From: an uncultured bacterium | GTDB taxonomy: Bacteria > CAYJRR01 | Direction: 5' to 3' | DNA: 37,405 nt | NCBI GenBank assembly: GCA_964372275.1 | Contig: CAYJRR010000033.1 | Coordinates: 1-37,405 of the forward strand | Part shown: piece after piece, positions 10,827-19,666 of the stretch | Position numbering within the stretch: position 1 is the first letter of the stretch | Layout of the letters: every line of letters starts with the position of its first letter | The notes under the pieces: generated by a model | What the model was told of the DNA's origin: nothing | Seen by the model: only the letters and a program-made list of their open reading frames with translations | The model's database searches: none | Program-made: the position numbers and the translations under genes

Positions 10827-11302
10827 TGCGCGACGTTCAACTCGAAAACGCGTGGCGCCGCGAAGATCGTCGGCGCCGGATCTGGATCGCGGTCCTGCTG
10901 TCGGGGGCGGTGCTGGTGTTCGCCGCGCTCGCGTCGACCTACGGCGCGGCGCGCGCGGAGGAGGGATGGGTGCCGCTCCCGCCGGCGCCCGCCGCGGCGC
11001 CGGCGGCCGTGTCGCTCGCGGAGCCTGGCGCCGCGTCGCCGACGGGAACGGACGAGGAGGTTCCGTTCCGGGTGAACCTCAACCTGGCGAGCGCCGAGCA
11101 GCTCCGGTCGATTCCGGGGATCGGGCCGGCGAAGGCGGCGGCGATCCTCGCCTATCGCGAAAAACACCGGTTCCACGTCACCGCCGACCTGATGCGGGTG
11201 CGCGGGATCGGACCGGGCACCTACCGCCGTCTGAAGCCGTGGCTGTCGGTCGACGGGCCGGCCGTGACCGGGATCCCGCCCCCGCGTCGGAACGGGACTT
11301 GA
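10826..11302 (+). CDS. comEA: ComEA-family helix-hairpin-helix DNA-binding protein
   Basis: N-terminal TM/signal, Pro/Ala linker, VNLNLASAEQLRSIPGIGPAKAAAILAYR..DLMRVRGIGP. Confidence 0.9.
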   Translation: MRDVQLENAWRREDRRRRIWIAVLLSGAVLVFAALASTYGAARAEEGWVPLPPAPAAAPAAVSLAEPGAASPTGTDEEVPFRVNLNLASAEQLRSIPGIGPAKAAAILAYREKHRFHVTADLMRVRGIGPGTYRRLKPWLSVDGPAVTGIPPPRRNGT

Positions 11303-11350
11303 CGCGGGCGTTCGAGCCGGATTTCATCCGCCCCCAAAAGAGAAGCTCTG

Positions 11351-11557
11351 TTGATCTCGGGTGTCCGGAGCGAGCGCTCCGGGGCGGCGGCCCGCAACGG
11401 CCGCCGTCAGGGAAGTCGGTGAAAGACCGACGCGGTCCCGCCACTGTGAGTGGAGAGCGCCTCGCCGAAGTACCACTGGGCCGCCGCCTCGATGCGGCGG
11501 CCTGGGAAGGTGGCGGGGGGCGACGACCCACGAGCCAGGAGACCTGCCCGAGGTCGA
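11351..11557 (+). promoter_or_regulatory. Cobalamin (B12) riboswitch
   Basis: AGGGAAGTCGGTGAAAGACCGACGCGGTCCCGCCACTGTGA, CCACTGGG..CCTGGGAAGG, B12 box GAGCCAGGAGACCTGCC; P1 pairs 11351-11361 with 11547-11557; directly upstream of a TonB-dependent receptor and ABC transporter. Confidence 0.96.
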
Positions 11558-11570
11558 AGATGCACCGGAA

Positions 11571-11594
11571 CCTCTCCGCGGACGAGAGGGAGGG
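11571..11594 (+). promoter_or_regulatory. Riboswitch expression platform: SD-sequestering hairpin with kissing loop
   Basis: CCTCTC (11571-76) pairs with GAGAGG (11584-89), overlapping the SD; loop GGAC (11580-83) is complementary to L5 GTCC (11435-38). Confidence 0.7.
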
Positions 11595-11597
11595 ACG

Positions 11598-13658
11598 CTG
11601 GCTCGACGTTTCGCATCGATCGCCTGCGCGATCGGATGGTGGTGTTGCTCCCGCGGCGCGGCCGCGGACGACGGCGGGGCTGCGCCCGCCGCCGCGACGC
11701 CGACCCCCGCCGCGACCGCGGTCCCGGCGCCGGGCAGCGCCGCCGTGGCCCCCGCGCAGACGGTGGTGATCGAGCGGCGTCGCCCGATGGCCGGGATTCC
11801 GGATGCGGCGGCCCGATCGACGATCGACCTGTCGCGTTTCGAGTCCCGATCGATCGGCCTGCCCGATCTCCTCGAACGGCTGTCCGGCGTCGACGTCGTC
11901 ACCTATGGCGGGACGGGCCAGGGGAGCTTCGTCCGGATCCGCGGCTCGTCGTCCGAGCAGGTGCTGGTGGTGGTCGACGGCGTGCGGATGAACCCGGTCG
12001 CCGGAGGCGGGGCCGACTTCGATTCGATCCCCCGCGAGCTCGTCGACCGGGTGGAGGTCGCGCGTGGAGCCGGAAGCGCGCGGTACGGGGCGGACGCCCT
12101 CGGCGGGGTCGTCTCGCTCGTTTCCGATCCGGCGGCGCGGCGCGGCGGCGTGACCGGGGCCGCCAGCTCCGGCGGCGCGCTGCGCACCTCCGCCACCGCG
12201 GCCGGTCTGCTGCGCGGCGCCGCGCCCGGATCCGCGACGCGGCCTTCCGGGTCCGGGGCGCCGTGGCGCTACGACCTGACCGTTCGCCGGGAGATCTCGC
12301 CGGAGCGATTCGAGTACTACGACTCCCTGCGCGACGAAAGCCGCACGAGGACCAACGCCGACGCCGACGCGTGGGGCGCGGCGGGGGGCCTGCGCGGGCC
12401 GCTCGGCGGCGGGGACCTCTCGCTTAGGCTTTGGGGCACGGCGCTCGCGGCGGGCTCCCCCGGTCCGTCGGAGTTCCCGACCGGGGTCGCGCGGCGGGGG
12501 GAGGATCGAGGAACGGTGGCCGTGCGGTGGGAGGAGCGCGACGGTGGCCTCTCCCGGACGGCGTGGACCGTCGACGGGAGCTTTCGAAACGAACTCGTTC
12601 GTTACCGGAACGACGAGCCGATCCTGGGGGCGTCGCCGGTTCGCGTCGAGACCCGGGGCTCCTCCGCCGGCGGCGGCGCGATCGCGCGTCGCGCCGTCGG
12701 TGCGTGGCTTCTCCTGGGCGGAGGGGCCGACGCGCGCGTCGAGACGATCGACGACCGCGACGCCGGCCGGCACGGCCGCACCGTCGCCGGGACGCACGGC
12801 GAGGCCACCGCGCTCCTCGGAAAGGTCGAAGCGACGGTGGCGACGCGGCTGGAAGGGGTCGACGACCGGTCGTCGGACGGCGGTCCGCGCCTCACGGCCT
12901 TGCCCTCGGCGGGGGTCGTCCTCCGACTCCGCGAGCGGCTCTCGGTGCGCGCGCACGGGGGCCGCGCCTACCGGCTGCCGACCTTCCTCGAACTGTGGCT
13001 CCCGAACATGGAGACCGTCGGCGGCAACCCGGATCTGGAGCCGGAGGACGCCTGGTCGGGGGATGTCGGGATCGCGGCGAGCGCCGGCGATCTCGGGAGG
13101 CTCGAAGCGGGGATCGACGCCGCCGTCTTCGGGACCTCCTACCGCCAGTCGATCCTGTTCGCGCCGGTGTCGGAGACGCGGTTCGGTCCGGTGAACGCCG
13201 AACGGGCATGGATCGCGGGGACCGAGCTGTCGGCCACGACCCGCTTCGCGCCTCGGGGCGACGGTCGCGTGGTCGAGGCGGAGCTCTCCTGGACGCGCCT
13301 CGAATCGAAGAGGATCGAGACCGACGCGCCGCTGCCCGGCCGGCCGCGCGACCGGTGGTTCGCCCGCCTCGCCGGTCGGCCCGTGCCCTGGGTCGAGCCG
13401 TTCGTCGAGGCGACGTGGAACTCCGGCGGCTACGCCGACTTCTTCGGAAACCTCGAGATCCCCGCCGGCGAGGTGATCGGCGCGGGCCTTTCGCTTCGCG
13501 GGTCGGGCCGTCTCGAGGGGCTGTCGCTCACGGTGGAGGGATCGAACCTCACCGACGCAGACGTTCGCGATGCGCGCTACTTTCCACAACCGGGCCGGAC
13601 CGTCTGGGTCACGACGACCTGGCGGGCCGGCCGGACCACCGCCTCCCAAGGAGACTAG
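11598..13658 (+). CDS. btuB: TonB-dependent outer-membrane cobalamin receptor (start probably CTG 11598)
   Basis: Plug motifs VRIRGSSSEQVLVVVDGVRMN, VDRVEVARGAGSARYGADALGGVV; barrel motifs AYRLPTFLEL, GNPDLEPE, NLTD, PQPGRT; riboswitch context. Confidence 0.88.
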   Translation: MARRFASIACAIGWWCCSRGAAADDGGAAPAAATPTPAATAVPAPGSAAVAPAQTVVIERRRPMAGIPDAAARSTIDLSRFESRSIGLPDLLERLSGVDVVTYGGTGQGSFVRIRGSSSEQVLVVVDGVRMNPVAGGGADFDSIPRELVDRVEVARGAGSARYGADALGGVVSLVSDPAARRGGVTGAASSGGALRTSATAAGLLRGAAPGSATRPSGSGAPWRYDLTVRREISPERFEYYDSLRDESRTRTNADADAWGAAGGLRGPLGGGDLSLRLWGTALAAGSPGPSEFPTGVARRGEDRGTVAVRWEERDGGLSRTAWTVDGSFRNELVRYRNDEPILGASPVRVETRGSSAGGGAIARRAVGAWLLLGGGADARVETIDDRDAGRHGRTVAGTHGEATALLGKVEATVATRLEGVDDRSSDGGPRLTALPSAGVVLRLRERLSVRAHGGRAYRLPTFLELWLPNMETVGGNPDLEPEDAWSGDVGIAASAGDLGRLEAGIDAAVFGTSYRQSILFAPVSETRFGPVNAERAWIAGTELSATTRFAPRGDGRVVEAELSWTRLESKRIETDAPLPGRPRDRWFARLAGRPVPWVEPFVEATWNSGGYADFFGNLEIPAGEVIGAGLSLRGSGRLEGLSLTVEGSNLTDADVRDARYFPQPGRTVWVTTTWRAGRTTASQGD

Positions 13659-13662
13659 AACG

Positions 13663-14760
13663 ATGTCCGCTCACCCAACGCCCGTTCCGTCCGCCCGCCG
13701 TCCGATCCGACTCGTCTTCGTCGCCGCCGCCGCGCTGCTCGCGCTCGGGTGCGAAGAGGGGGAGAAGAAGAAGGGGACCTACGACGCCGAGGTGTTCCCG
13801 GACGTCTTCCTCACCGGCGGAGGACCGAACCGCCTGGTGGTCGACGGAGACGACGGGTACGTCGTCAACGGCGACAACACGGTGCAGAAGATCGACCTCT
13901 CCACCTGCAGCACCGCCGAGGACAGCTGCGAGACGGCCGGCTCGGCCACGCTTCCGATCCTCTCGTTCCCCTACGACGGCGCGGTGGTGGGTGGCTCGCT
14001 TTACGTCTCGACCACCGGGGACGACAAGCTGGTCCGGATCGACACCTCCACCATGGCGATCACCGCGTCGATTCATAGCAACGGCGGCTTCACCCTGAGC
14101 ACGCCACAGTCGATGACCGAGAAGAACGGCACCCTCTACGTCGCCAACGGCGCCTCCTTCGGATTCGCGCCGGGGTACGTCGCGATGGTGGAGGGGACGA
14201 CGCTGACCGGGACGATCGCCACCACCCAGCTGTTTCCGGTGAGCGTCCAGGAGCTGCCGAACGGGAAGCTGCTGGTGGTCAACAGCGGCCTGTTCAACTT
14301 CGAGACCGAGGAGGTGACGGAGCCGGGGGGGCTCGACATCATCGACCCGGGCAGCGATGAGGTGGAGGAGAACATCCAGCTCGGCAACAAGCTGCCGGGT
14401 CCGATCGCGGCGATCACCGACGACGGCGCCTTCGCCTTCGTCCCCGCCAACGAAGGGCGGCTGCTCCGGGTGAATCTCGAAGACGGTTCGGTCTCGACGT
14501 ACGAGATTGCCGGGGCGGACGTCTACTTCTCCTGGATCGTGCTCGACGAGGGTCTCCTCTATCTGATGAGCTTCGGCGAAGACACCACCTACGTCCTCGA
14601 CGCCGACTCGCTCGAGCTGCTCGGGACGATCGTCACCGGCCCGGGTGGGGAGACGCCGCGCGGACCGGTCCACGGCGTCGTCCGCGAGCTCGACGGGGAG
14701 AAGTTCCTCCTGATCGTCGAAGGGCTCGCCAACGCGATCACGGCGGTGCGATTGCCGTGA
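13663..14760 (+). CDS. YncE/YVTN-type beta-propeller lipoprotein, BtuG-like
   Basis: Lipobox LALGC; blades YVVNGDNTVQKID, LYVSTTGDDKLVRID, LYVAN, LLVVNSG; sits between btuB and btuF. Confidence 0.75.
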   Translation: MSAHPTPVPSARRPIRLVFVAAAALLALGCEEGEKKKGTYDAEVFPDVFLTGGGPNRLVVDGDDGYVVNGDNTVQKIDLSTCSTAEDSCETAGSATLPILSFPYDGAVVGGSLYVSTTGDDKLVRIDTSTMAITASIHSNGGFTLSTPQSMTEKNGTLYVANGASFGFAPGYVAMVEGTTLTGTIATTQLFPVSVQELPNGKLLVVNSGLFNFETEEVTEPGGLDIIDPGSDEVEENIQLGNKLPGPIAAITDDGAFAFVPANEGRLLRVNLEDGSVSTYEIAGADVYFSWIVLDEGLLYLMSFGEDTTYVLDADSLELLGTIVTGPGGETPRGPVHGVVRELDGEKFLLIVEGLANAITAVRLP

Positions 14761-15698
14761 CCTGGCAGCGTCTCGCCGGAGCGTGGGCGTTGGTGGCGGT
14801 GCTCGGCTGCCGCGCGCCCGGCGCCGAGGTGGCCGCGGACACCCCGCTGCGTCCGGCGGCCGCAGCGATCGCGAACGAGTCCGCCGCGGGCGCCGCCGAT
14901 CGAACCGTCACCGACGCCGTCGGGAGAACGGTGACGGTTCCGGCGGCGCCCCGGCGGGTCGTGTCGTTGGCGCCGGCGCTGACCGAGACGTTGTTCGCGG
15001 TCGGCGCCGGCGACCTTCTCGTCGGCGTGACCCGGTTCTGCGATCACCCGCCGGCGGCGGCGGCGATCGAGCGGGTCGGCGGCTTCTCCGATCCCGACGT
15101 GGAGCGGATCGTCTCGTTGCGGCCCGACCTGGTGATCGCCACCGCCGACACCGTCTCCCGCGCCCGCTTCGACAGCCTGGTCGCCGCGGGGCTGGCCGTC
15201 TACGCGGTGAATCCCCGCGGGCTCGACGGCGTGGCGGAGACGTTCGCCGTGGTCGGAACGCTCGTCGGCCGCGCGTCGGAAGGGCGGGCGCTGGAGGCCG
15301 CCTTCCGCGGACGGATCGCGGCGGTCGAGTCCGGCGTCGCGTCGCGCCCGCGGCGCCGCGCGCTGTTCCTCTTCTCGACCGACCCGCTGATCGCGGCGGG
15401 GCCCGGAGGGTTCGTCGACGAGCTGTTGCGCCGGGCCGGCGGGGAGAACGTGCTCGCCTCCGCGCCGACCTCCTATCCGCGACTGGGAGTCGAGGGGGTG
15501 GCGGCGGCGCGGCCCGCGGTGATCCTCACCACCGCACCTACCGGGGAGGGGGCGATCCGGCGCACCCTCGGACCGGTCGCGGCGACGATCCCGGTGGTGG
15601 CGATGGAGGCCGACCTGGTGGAGCGGCCGGGACCGCGCCTGGCGGACGGGTTCTCCCGGCTCGCCGCCGCGCTGCACCCGGAGACGCCGCTTCCGTGA
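14757..15698 (+). CDS. btuF: Periplasmic cobalamin-binding protein (helical backbone fold)
   Basis: VTDAVGRTV..PRRVVSLAPALTETLFAVGAG..VGVTRFCDHP..PDVERIVSLRPDLVI..RPGPR; lipobox VLGC. Confidence 0.9.
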   Translation: MTWQRLAGAWALVAVLGCRAPGAEVAADTPLRPAAAAIANESAAGAADRTVTDAVGRTVTVPAAPRRVVSLAPALTETLFAVGAGDLLVGVTRFCDHPPAAAAIERVGGFSDPDVERIVSLRPDLVIATADTVSRARFDSLVAAGLAVYAVNPRGLDGVAETFAVVGTLVGRASEGRALEAAFRGRIAAVESGVASRPRRRALFLFSTDPLIAAGPGGFVDELLRRAGGENVLASAPTSYPRLGVEGVAAARPAVILTTAPTGEGAIRRTLGPVAATIPVVAMEADLVERPGPRLADGFSRLAAALHPETPLP

Positions 15699-16771
15699 CG
15701 CGCGCCGTCCTCTCGCTCGTCGGGCTCGCGGTCGTCCTCTCGGTGACGGTCGTCGTGGGCCTGCTGGTCGGCAGCGGAGGGATCGCGTCCGGAGAGGGGT
15801 CCGAGCTCTCTCCGGCGTCGATCGTCGCGGCGCTTTCGGCCGGGCCGGCGGCCGCCGAAACCGGTGCCGGCGTCGTTCTCTGGACGATCCGGCTGCCCCA
15901 GGTGCTGCTCGCCGCCGTCGTCGGAGCGGCACTGGCGGTCAGCGGCTCGATCTTCCAGGCGACGCTCCGCAATCCGCTGGCCGATCCGCTCCTCCTGGGG
16001 GTCGCCGCGGGGGCGTCGCTCGCGGCGTCGATCGCGATCGGCCTCGGCGCCGATTCGGCGTGGGTGCCGGCCGCCTCGGCAACCCTCGGCGCGGGGGCGA
16101 CGTTGCTGTTCGTCTTCGCCGTGGCGGGCCGGCAGCGGCGCTTCGACGCCGGGACGATGGTGCTCGCCGGCGTGATCGCCTCGACCTTCTACTCGGCGCT
16201 GACGCTGCTCCTCCTCTCGGTCACGCCGACCCCCTCGATCTCACGCATCCTGCAGTGGACGATGGGAGGGTTCGGCGACGTCGGCTTCGCCAAGGTGCGG
16301 TGGGCGGGGCCGGCGATCGGCGCGCTGGTGGCGATGGCGGCGGCGGGGACGCGGCCGCTGAACCTGCTGGCGATGGGGGACGACGTCGCGCGCTCGGCGG
16401 GCCTGGCCGTCGGAGGGGCGCGCGCCGCGCTCTACGCGCTGGGGGCGGCGCTCACCGGGGTCGCGGTCGCCGCGGCGGGCGTCGTCGGCTTCGTCGGGCT
16501 GGTCGTGCCGCACGTCGCGCGCCGGCTGGTCGGACCCGACGAGCGGGTCGCGCTCCCTGCGTCGGCGCTCCTCGGAGGGACCTTGTGCGTCGTGGCCGAC
16601 GCCGTCGCGCGGACGGCCGTTCCGCTGGCGCAGGCGGCATGGGCCTGGTGGCGCGGCGTTCCGGCGGCGGTCAGTCCGGTCGAGCTTCCAGTCGGAGTGG
16701 TCACGGCGCTCATCGGCGCGCCGTTCTTCCTGGCCCTCCTGATGCGCCGCCACGCCCGGGGGGGCGCGTGA
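15695..16771 (+). CDS. btuC: FecCD/BtuC-family ABC permease
   Basis: IRLPQV, FQATLRNPLADPLLLG, GDDVARSAG, GFVGLVVPHVARRLVG, ELPVGVVTALIGAPFF; GTGA overlap. Confidence 0.92.
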   Translation: MTRAVLSLVGLAVVLSVTVVVGLLVGSGGIASGEGSELSPASIVAALSAGPAAAETGAGVVLWTIRLPQVLLAAVVGAALAVSGSIFQATLRNPLADPLLLGVAAGASLAASIAIGLGADSAWVPAASATLGAGATLLFVFAVAGRQRRFDAGTMVLAGVIASTFYSALTLLLLSVTPTPSISRILQWTMGGFGDVGFAKVRWAGPAIGALVAMAAAGTRPLNLLAMGDDVARSAGLAVGGARAALYALGAALTGVAVAAAGVVGFVGLVVPHVARRLVGPDERVALPASALLGGTLCVVADAVARTAVPLAQAAWAWWRGVPAAVSPVELPVGVVTALIGAPFFLALLMRRHARGGA

Positions 16772-17625
16772 CCGGCGGCGACGCGCGGCGGGATCCGGGT
16801 GGCGGCGGAACGGTTGCGACCGGGCCGTTGCTCGAAGCACGAGCGATTTCGTTCTCTTTCCCCGGCGCGGCACCGCTTTTCGAGGACGTCACCCTGGAGA
16901 TCGCCCGCGGCAGCCACGTCGGGATCGTCGGTCCGAACGGCGCCGGGAAGAGCACGCTGCTCCGTCTGTTCGCGGGGGGCCTCCTTCCGGGAGCCGGGGA
17001 GATCCGGTTCGACGGCGTTCCGATGCGCGCGTGGCGGCGTCTCGCGCTCGCCCGGCGGATGGCCTACGTGCCGCAGTCGGCGCCGGCCGATCTCCCGTTC
17101 ACGGCGATGGAGGTGGCGCTCGCCGGGCGCTTCGCGCACGTCGGCTATTTCGGCGTGGAGTCGGCCGCCGATCGCGCGAAGGCCCTCGACGCGTTGACGC
17201 GCCTCGACGCCGCCGGCCTGGCCGGGCGACCGTACGCGGAGCTGTCGGGCGGCGAGCAGGCCAGGGTCCAGGTCGCGCGCGCGCTGGCGCAGGAGCCGGA
17301 TCTGCTGCTCCTCGACGAGCCGACCGCCTTCCTCGATCTCGGGGCTCGGCTCGACCTCTACGACCGGTTGCGGGAGGAGAACCGCCGGCGCGGCCTGACG
17401 GTCGTCGTCGTGACCCACGACCTCAACCTCGCGGCGGAATACTGCGACCGGCTCGTCCTCCTGGCAAAGGGGGGCGTGGTCGCGTCCGGTGCACCGGACG
17501 GGGTCCTGGACGAAGCGCGGATCGGCGCGCTGTACGGGTGCCGGGTGGCGGTCGACGTGAATCCGGCGACCGGTCGCCGCCGGGTGACGCCGCTTCCGCG
17601 CCACGCCCGGGACCGGCTTGCGTAA
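16768..17625 (+). CDS. btuD: ABC transporter ATP-binding subunit (cobalamin/iron-chelate type)
   Basis: GPNGAGKST, LSGGE, LLLDEPT, THDLN; GTGA overlap. Confidence 0.92.
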   Translation: MTGGDARRDPGGGGTVATGPLLEARAISFSFPGAAPLFEDVTLEIARGSHVGIVGPNGAGKSTLLRLFAGGLLPGAGEIRFDGVPMRAWRRLALARRMAYVPQSAPADLPFTAMEVALAGRFAHVGYFGVESAADRAKALDALTRLDAAGLAGRPYAELSGGEQARVQVARALAQEPDLLLLDEPTAFLDLGARLDLYDRLREENRRRGLTVVVVTHDLNLAAEYCDRLVLLAKGGVVASGAPDGVLDEARIGALYGCRVAVDVNPATGRRRVTPLPRHARDRLA

Positions 17626-17742
17626 GCGCAAGGAGCAGGAGGGGTGGAAGTTCAGAGACAGGTCAGGCACAGTGAAGAGTCAGGGGTGCCCTGACCGGAT
17701 GCTGGCCTTTCGCTGATCTTCCAGTCCTCCTACTCCTTGCGC
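17626..17742. ncRNA. Candidate structured RNA: 117-nt rod-like imperfect hairpin
   Basis: 17626-17666 pairs gap-free with 17702-17742 (34 of 41 Watson-Crick, 2 G-U, 5 isolated mismatches); apical hairpin GTCAGGG/CCCTGAC (17679-17695). Fills almost the whole intergenic gap. Transcription is not shown. Confidence 0.55.
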
Positions 17743-17753
17743 CGGAGACCGAC

Positions 17754-18419
17754 GTGGGGTTCCCGCGACACGCTCTCGTTCGACTCTTCGGGCAGTCGGC
17801 CCCCCTTGTCTTCGCGTGGTCGATCGCCGGGTGTGACGGCGGAGCGGTCGCGGACGACCCGTGCCCCGACGAGTCGGCAACCTACGGAGGCCGGGCGACC
17901 GACGAAGCCTGCCGCGCGATGCTCGACGCCGGCGACGACGTGCAGGTCGGTCATCCGTCGAGCGCCACCTTTCTGGGCGTGACCGGAACCGGCGCCACGC
18001 TCTCGTTCGGCTGGTCCTCCCCGATCGACGAGGACGGCGACCTCTTTCGCGCGCACGCCACTTCCGCCGCCGGCACGCGGCCGAGGCTCGGCGCCCGCGG
18101 TCGAAGGGATCTGGCGCTGTCGAGGCTGCTCGCCGCGCTCGATCCGATCCCGAAGGCCCTCGCGCACGAGGCGCCGGTCACCGGAGCCGTTCACATGCTC
18201 CGGGTGACGGGGGTCGACGGACGCGGCGAGCTGCTCTTCTTCACCACCGAGCTGCACTGGTTCCTGAGCGCGGAGGACGACGCCGACGTCCGGGCCACCG
18301 GCGGGGAGATGACGATCCGGATCACCTCCGCCTACCTCACCCAGAACCGGATCCTCAACCCGACGACCGACGGACCGTTCCGATCGGCGGACGACGGGAT
18401 CTTCACGGTGGAGGAATGA
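17754..18419 (+). CDS. Hypothetical lipoprotein with Cys pair and internal ALAH motif
   Basis: Lipobox IAGC; DDPCPDE..TDEAC; RRDLALSRLLAALDPIPKALAHEAPVTGAVH; ATGA-coupled to next gene. Confidence 0.75.
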   Translation: MGFPRHALVRLFGQSAPLVFAWSIAGCDGGAVADDPCPDESATYGGRATDEACRAMLDAGDDVQVGHPSSATFLGVTGTGATLSFGWSSPIDEDGDLFRAHATSAAGTRPRLGARGRRDLALSRLLAALDPIPKALAHEAPVTGAVHMLRVTGVDGRGELLFFTTELHWFLSAEDDADVRATGGEMTIRITSAYLTQNRILNPTTDGPFRSADDGIFTVEE

Positions 18420-19666
18420 GGCTCGGCGTCGCGATCCGGGCGCTCCGCCGGCTCGCCGTGCCGGCGTTCGTCGTCGGGTCGCTTCTCGTGTCCGCGTGCG
18501 AGGAAGACGAGATCGAGTACTACGTGGAGCTCGACGATCACTGGCCGGAGCGCGTCGTCTACCCGGGGCCGGGGGCGGGCGGGATCGTCCTCTCCAACGC
18601 CTACGAGGACACGCTCACCTTTCTCGCCGCGTCGTCGCTGGCGCCGGTGGCGACGGTGCCGATCGGACTGAGCCCGGTGGAGCTGGAGGGACCTCATCAC
18701 GTCGTGGTCAGCCCCGACGGCCGGTACCTCTACACCGCCCTCTCGGAGACGGTGCCGAACAGCGGCGCCGGTCCGCACGGCTCGCACGGCGACGGTTCGG
18801 TCCCCGGCTACGTGCTGAAGATCCGGGTGGCCGACGCCAGGCTCGTCGGATCGACGCGCGTCGACCGCAGCCCCGGCGACCTGCTCCTGTCTCCCGACGG
18901 CGCGACGCTCTACGTCAGCCACTTCGACGTGAAGCGGGTGCTGGACGAGCTGCTCGGAGGCGGGACGGAGGAGGCGATGCGGTCGGCGATCGCCCGGATC
19001 GACACCGCGACGATGACCCGGGAGGCGCTGGTCCCGGTCTGTCCGGCCGAGCACGGCATGGCGTTGTCGGCCGACGGCGCGACGCTCTACGTCGCCTGCT
19101 ACGGGAACGACGCGGTGGCGGTCGTCGATGCGATCTCCGACGGGTTCGAGCACGAGCTCGTCGAGCTCGGCCCCGACGCCGACCTCCTGCCCGAGAACCG
19201 CTACGCCCCCTACGCCGCCACCTTCGACCCCGACGGACGCACGCTGTGGCTCTCCTGCTGGGAGAGCGGCGACCTTCGGGCATTCAACACCAGCTCCGGG
19301 ACGATGGAGCTCGGTCGGACGATCGTGACCGGCGGCCTCCCCGGCTTCGGCGCGTCGCTCGGCGGCCTCCTCGTCGTGCCGAGGCAGTCGGGCGATCCGT
19401 CGACCCCCGACGACCGGCTGCTGGTGATCGACAGCGCGGGGGCGATCGCCGCGAGCCACCCGCTCGATCCCGCCGACTGCGTCGGCGCCCATTCCGTCAC
19501 GCTCCTTCCCGGCGATCCGGACCGGGTGCTGGTCGTCTGCGAAGGGGACCACCTGTCCCCCGGCACGGCGATCCGCGTCGACGTCGGCACCGGCGTCGTC
19601 GACGCGGTGGCGGAGGCCGGTCTCTTCCCCGACGCGGCGGCCTACCTCCCGGGGAGCGGGCGATGA
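18416..19666 (+). CDS. YncE-like beta-propeller lipoprotein with His/Cys-rich loops
   Basis: Lipobox VSAC; blades SPDGRYLY, SPDGATLYV, SADGATLYV, DPDGRTLW; motifs EGPHH, GPHGSHG, CPAEHG, CVGAH, CEGDH. Confidence 0.85.
   Translation: MRLGVAIRALRRLAVPAFVVGSLLVSACEEDEIEYYVELDDHWPERVVYPGPGAGGIVLSNAYEDTLTFLAASSLAPVATVPIGLSPVELEGPHHVVVSPDGRYLYTALSETVPNSGAGPHGSHGDGSVPGYVLKIRVADARLVGSTRVDRSPGDLLLSPDGATLYVSHFDVKRVLDELLGGGTEEAMRSAIARIDTATMTREALVPVCPAEHGMALSADGATLYVACYGNDAVAVVDAISDGFEHELVELGPDADLLPENRYAPYAATFDPDGRTLWLSCWESGDLRAFNTSSGTMELGRTIVTGGLPGFGASLGGLLVVPRQSGDPSTPDDRLLVIDSAGAIAASHPLDPADCVGAHSVTLLPGDPDRVLVVCEGDHLSPGTAIRVDVGTGVVDAVAEAGLFPDAAAYLPGSGR

Noticed and set aside
17655-17700. CAGGTCAGG in a roughly 115-nt rod suggested SRP (4.5S) RNA
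   Set aside because: The GNRA-capped helix and the AGCAG partner strand of the SRP domain IV motif are absent on both strands.
17622-17746. GTAAGCG at the left end resembles an IS66 terminal repeat
   Set aside because: The right end lacks CGCTTAC, no target duplication is visible, and the TAA is the btuD stop.
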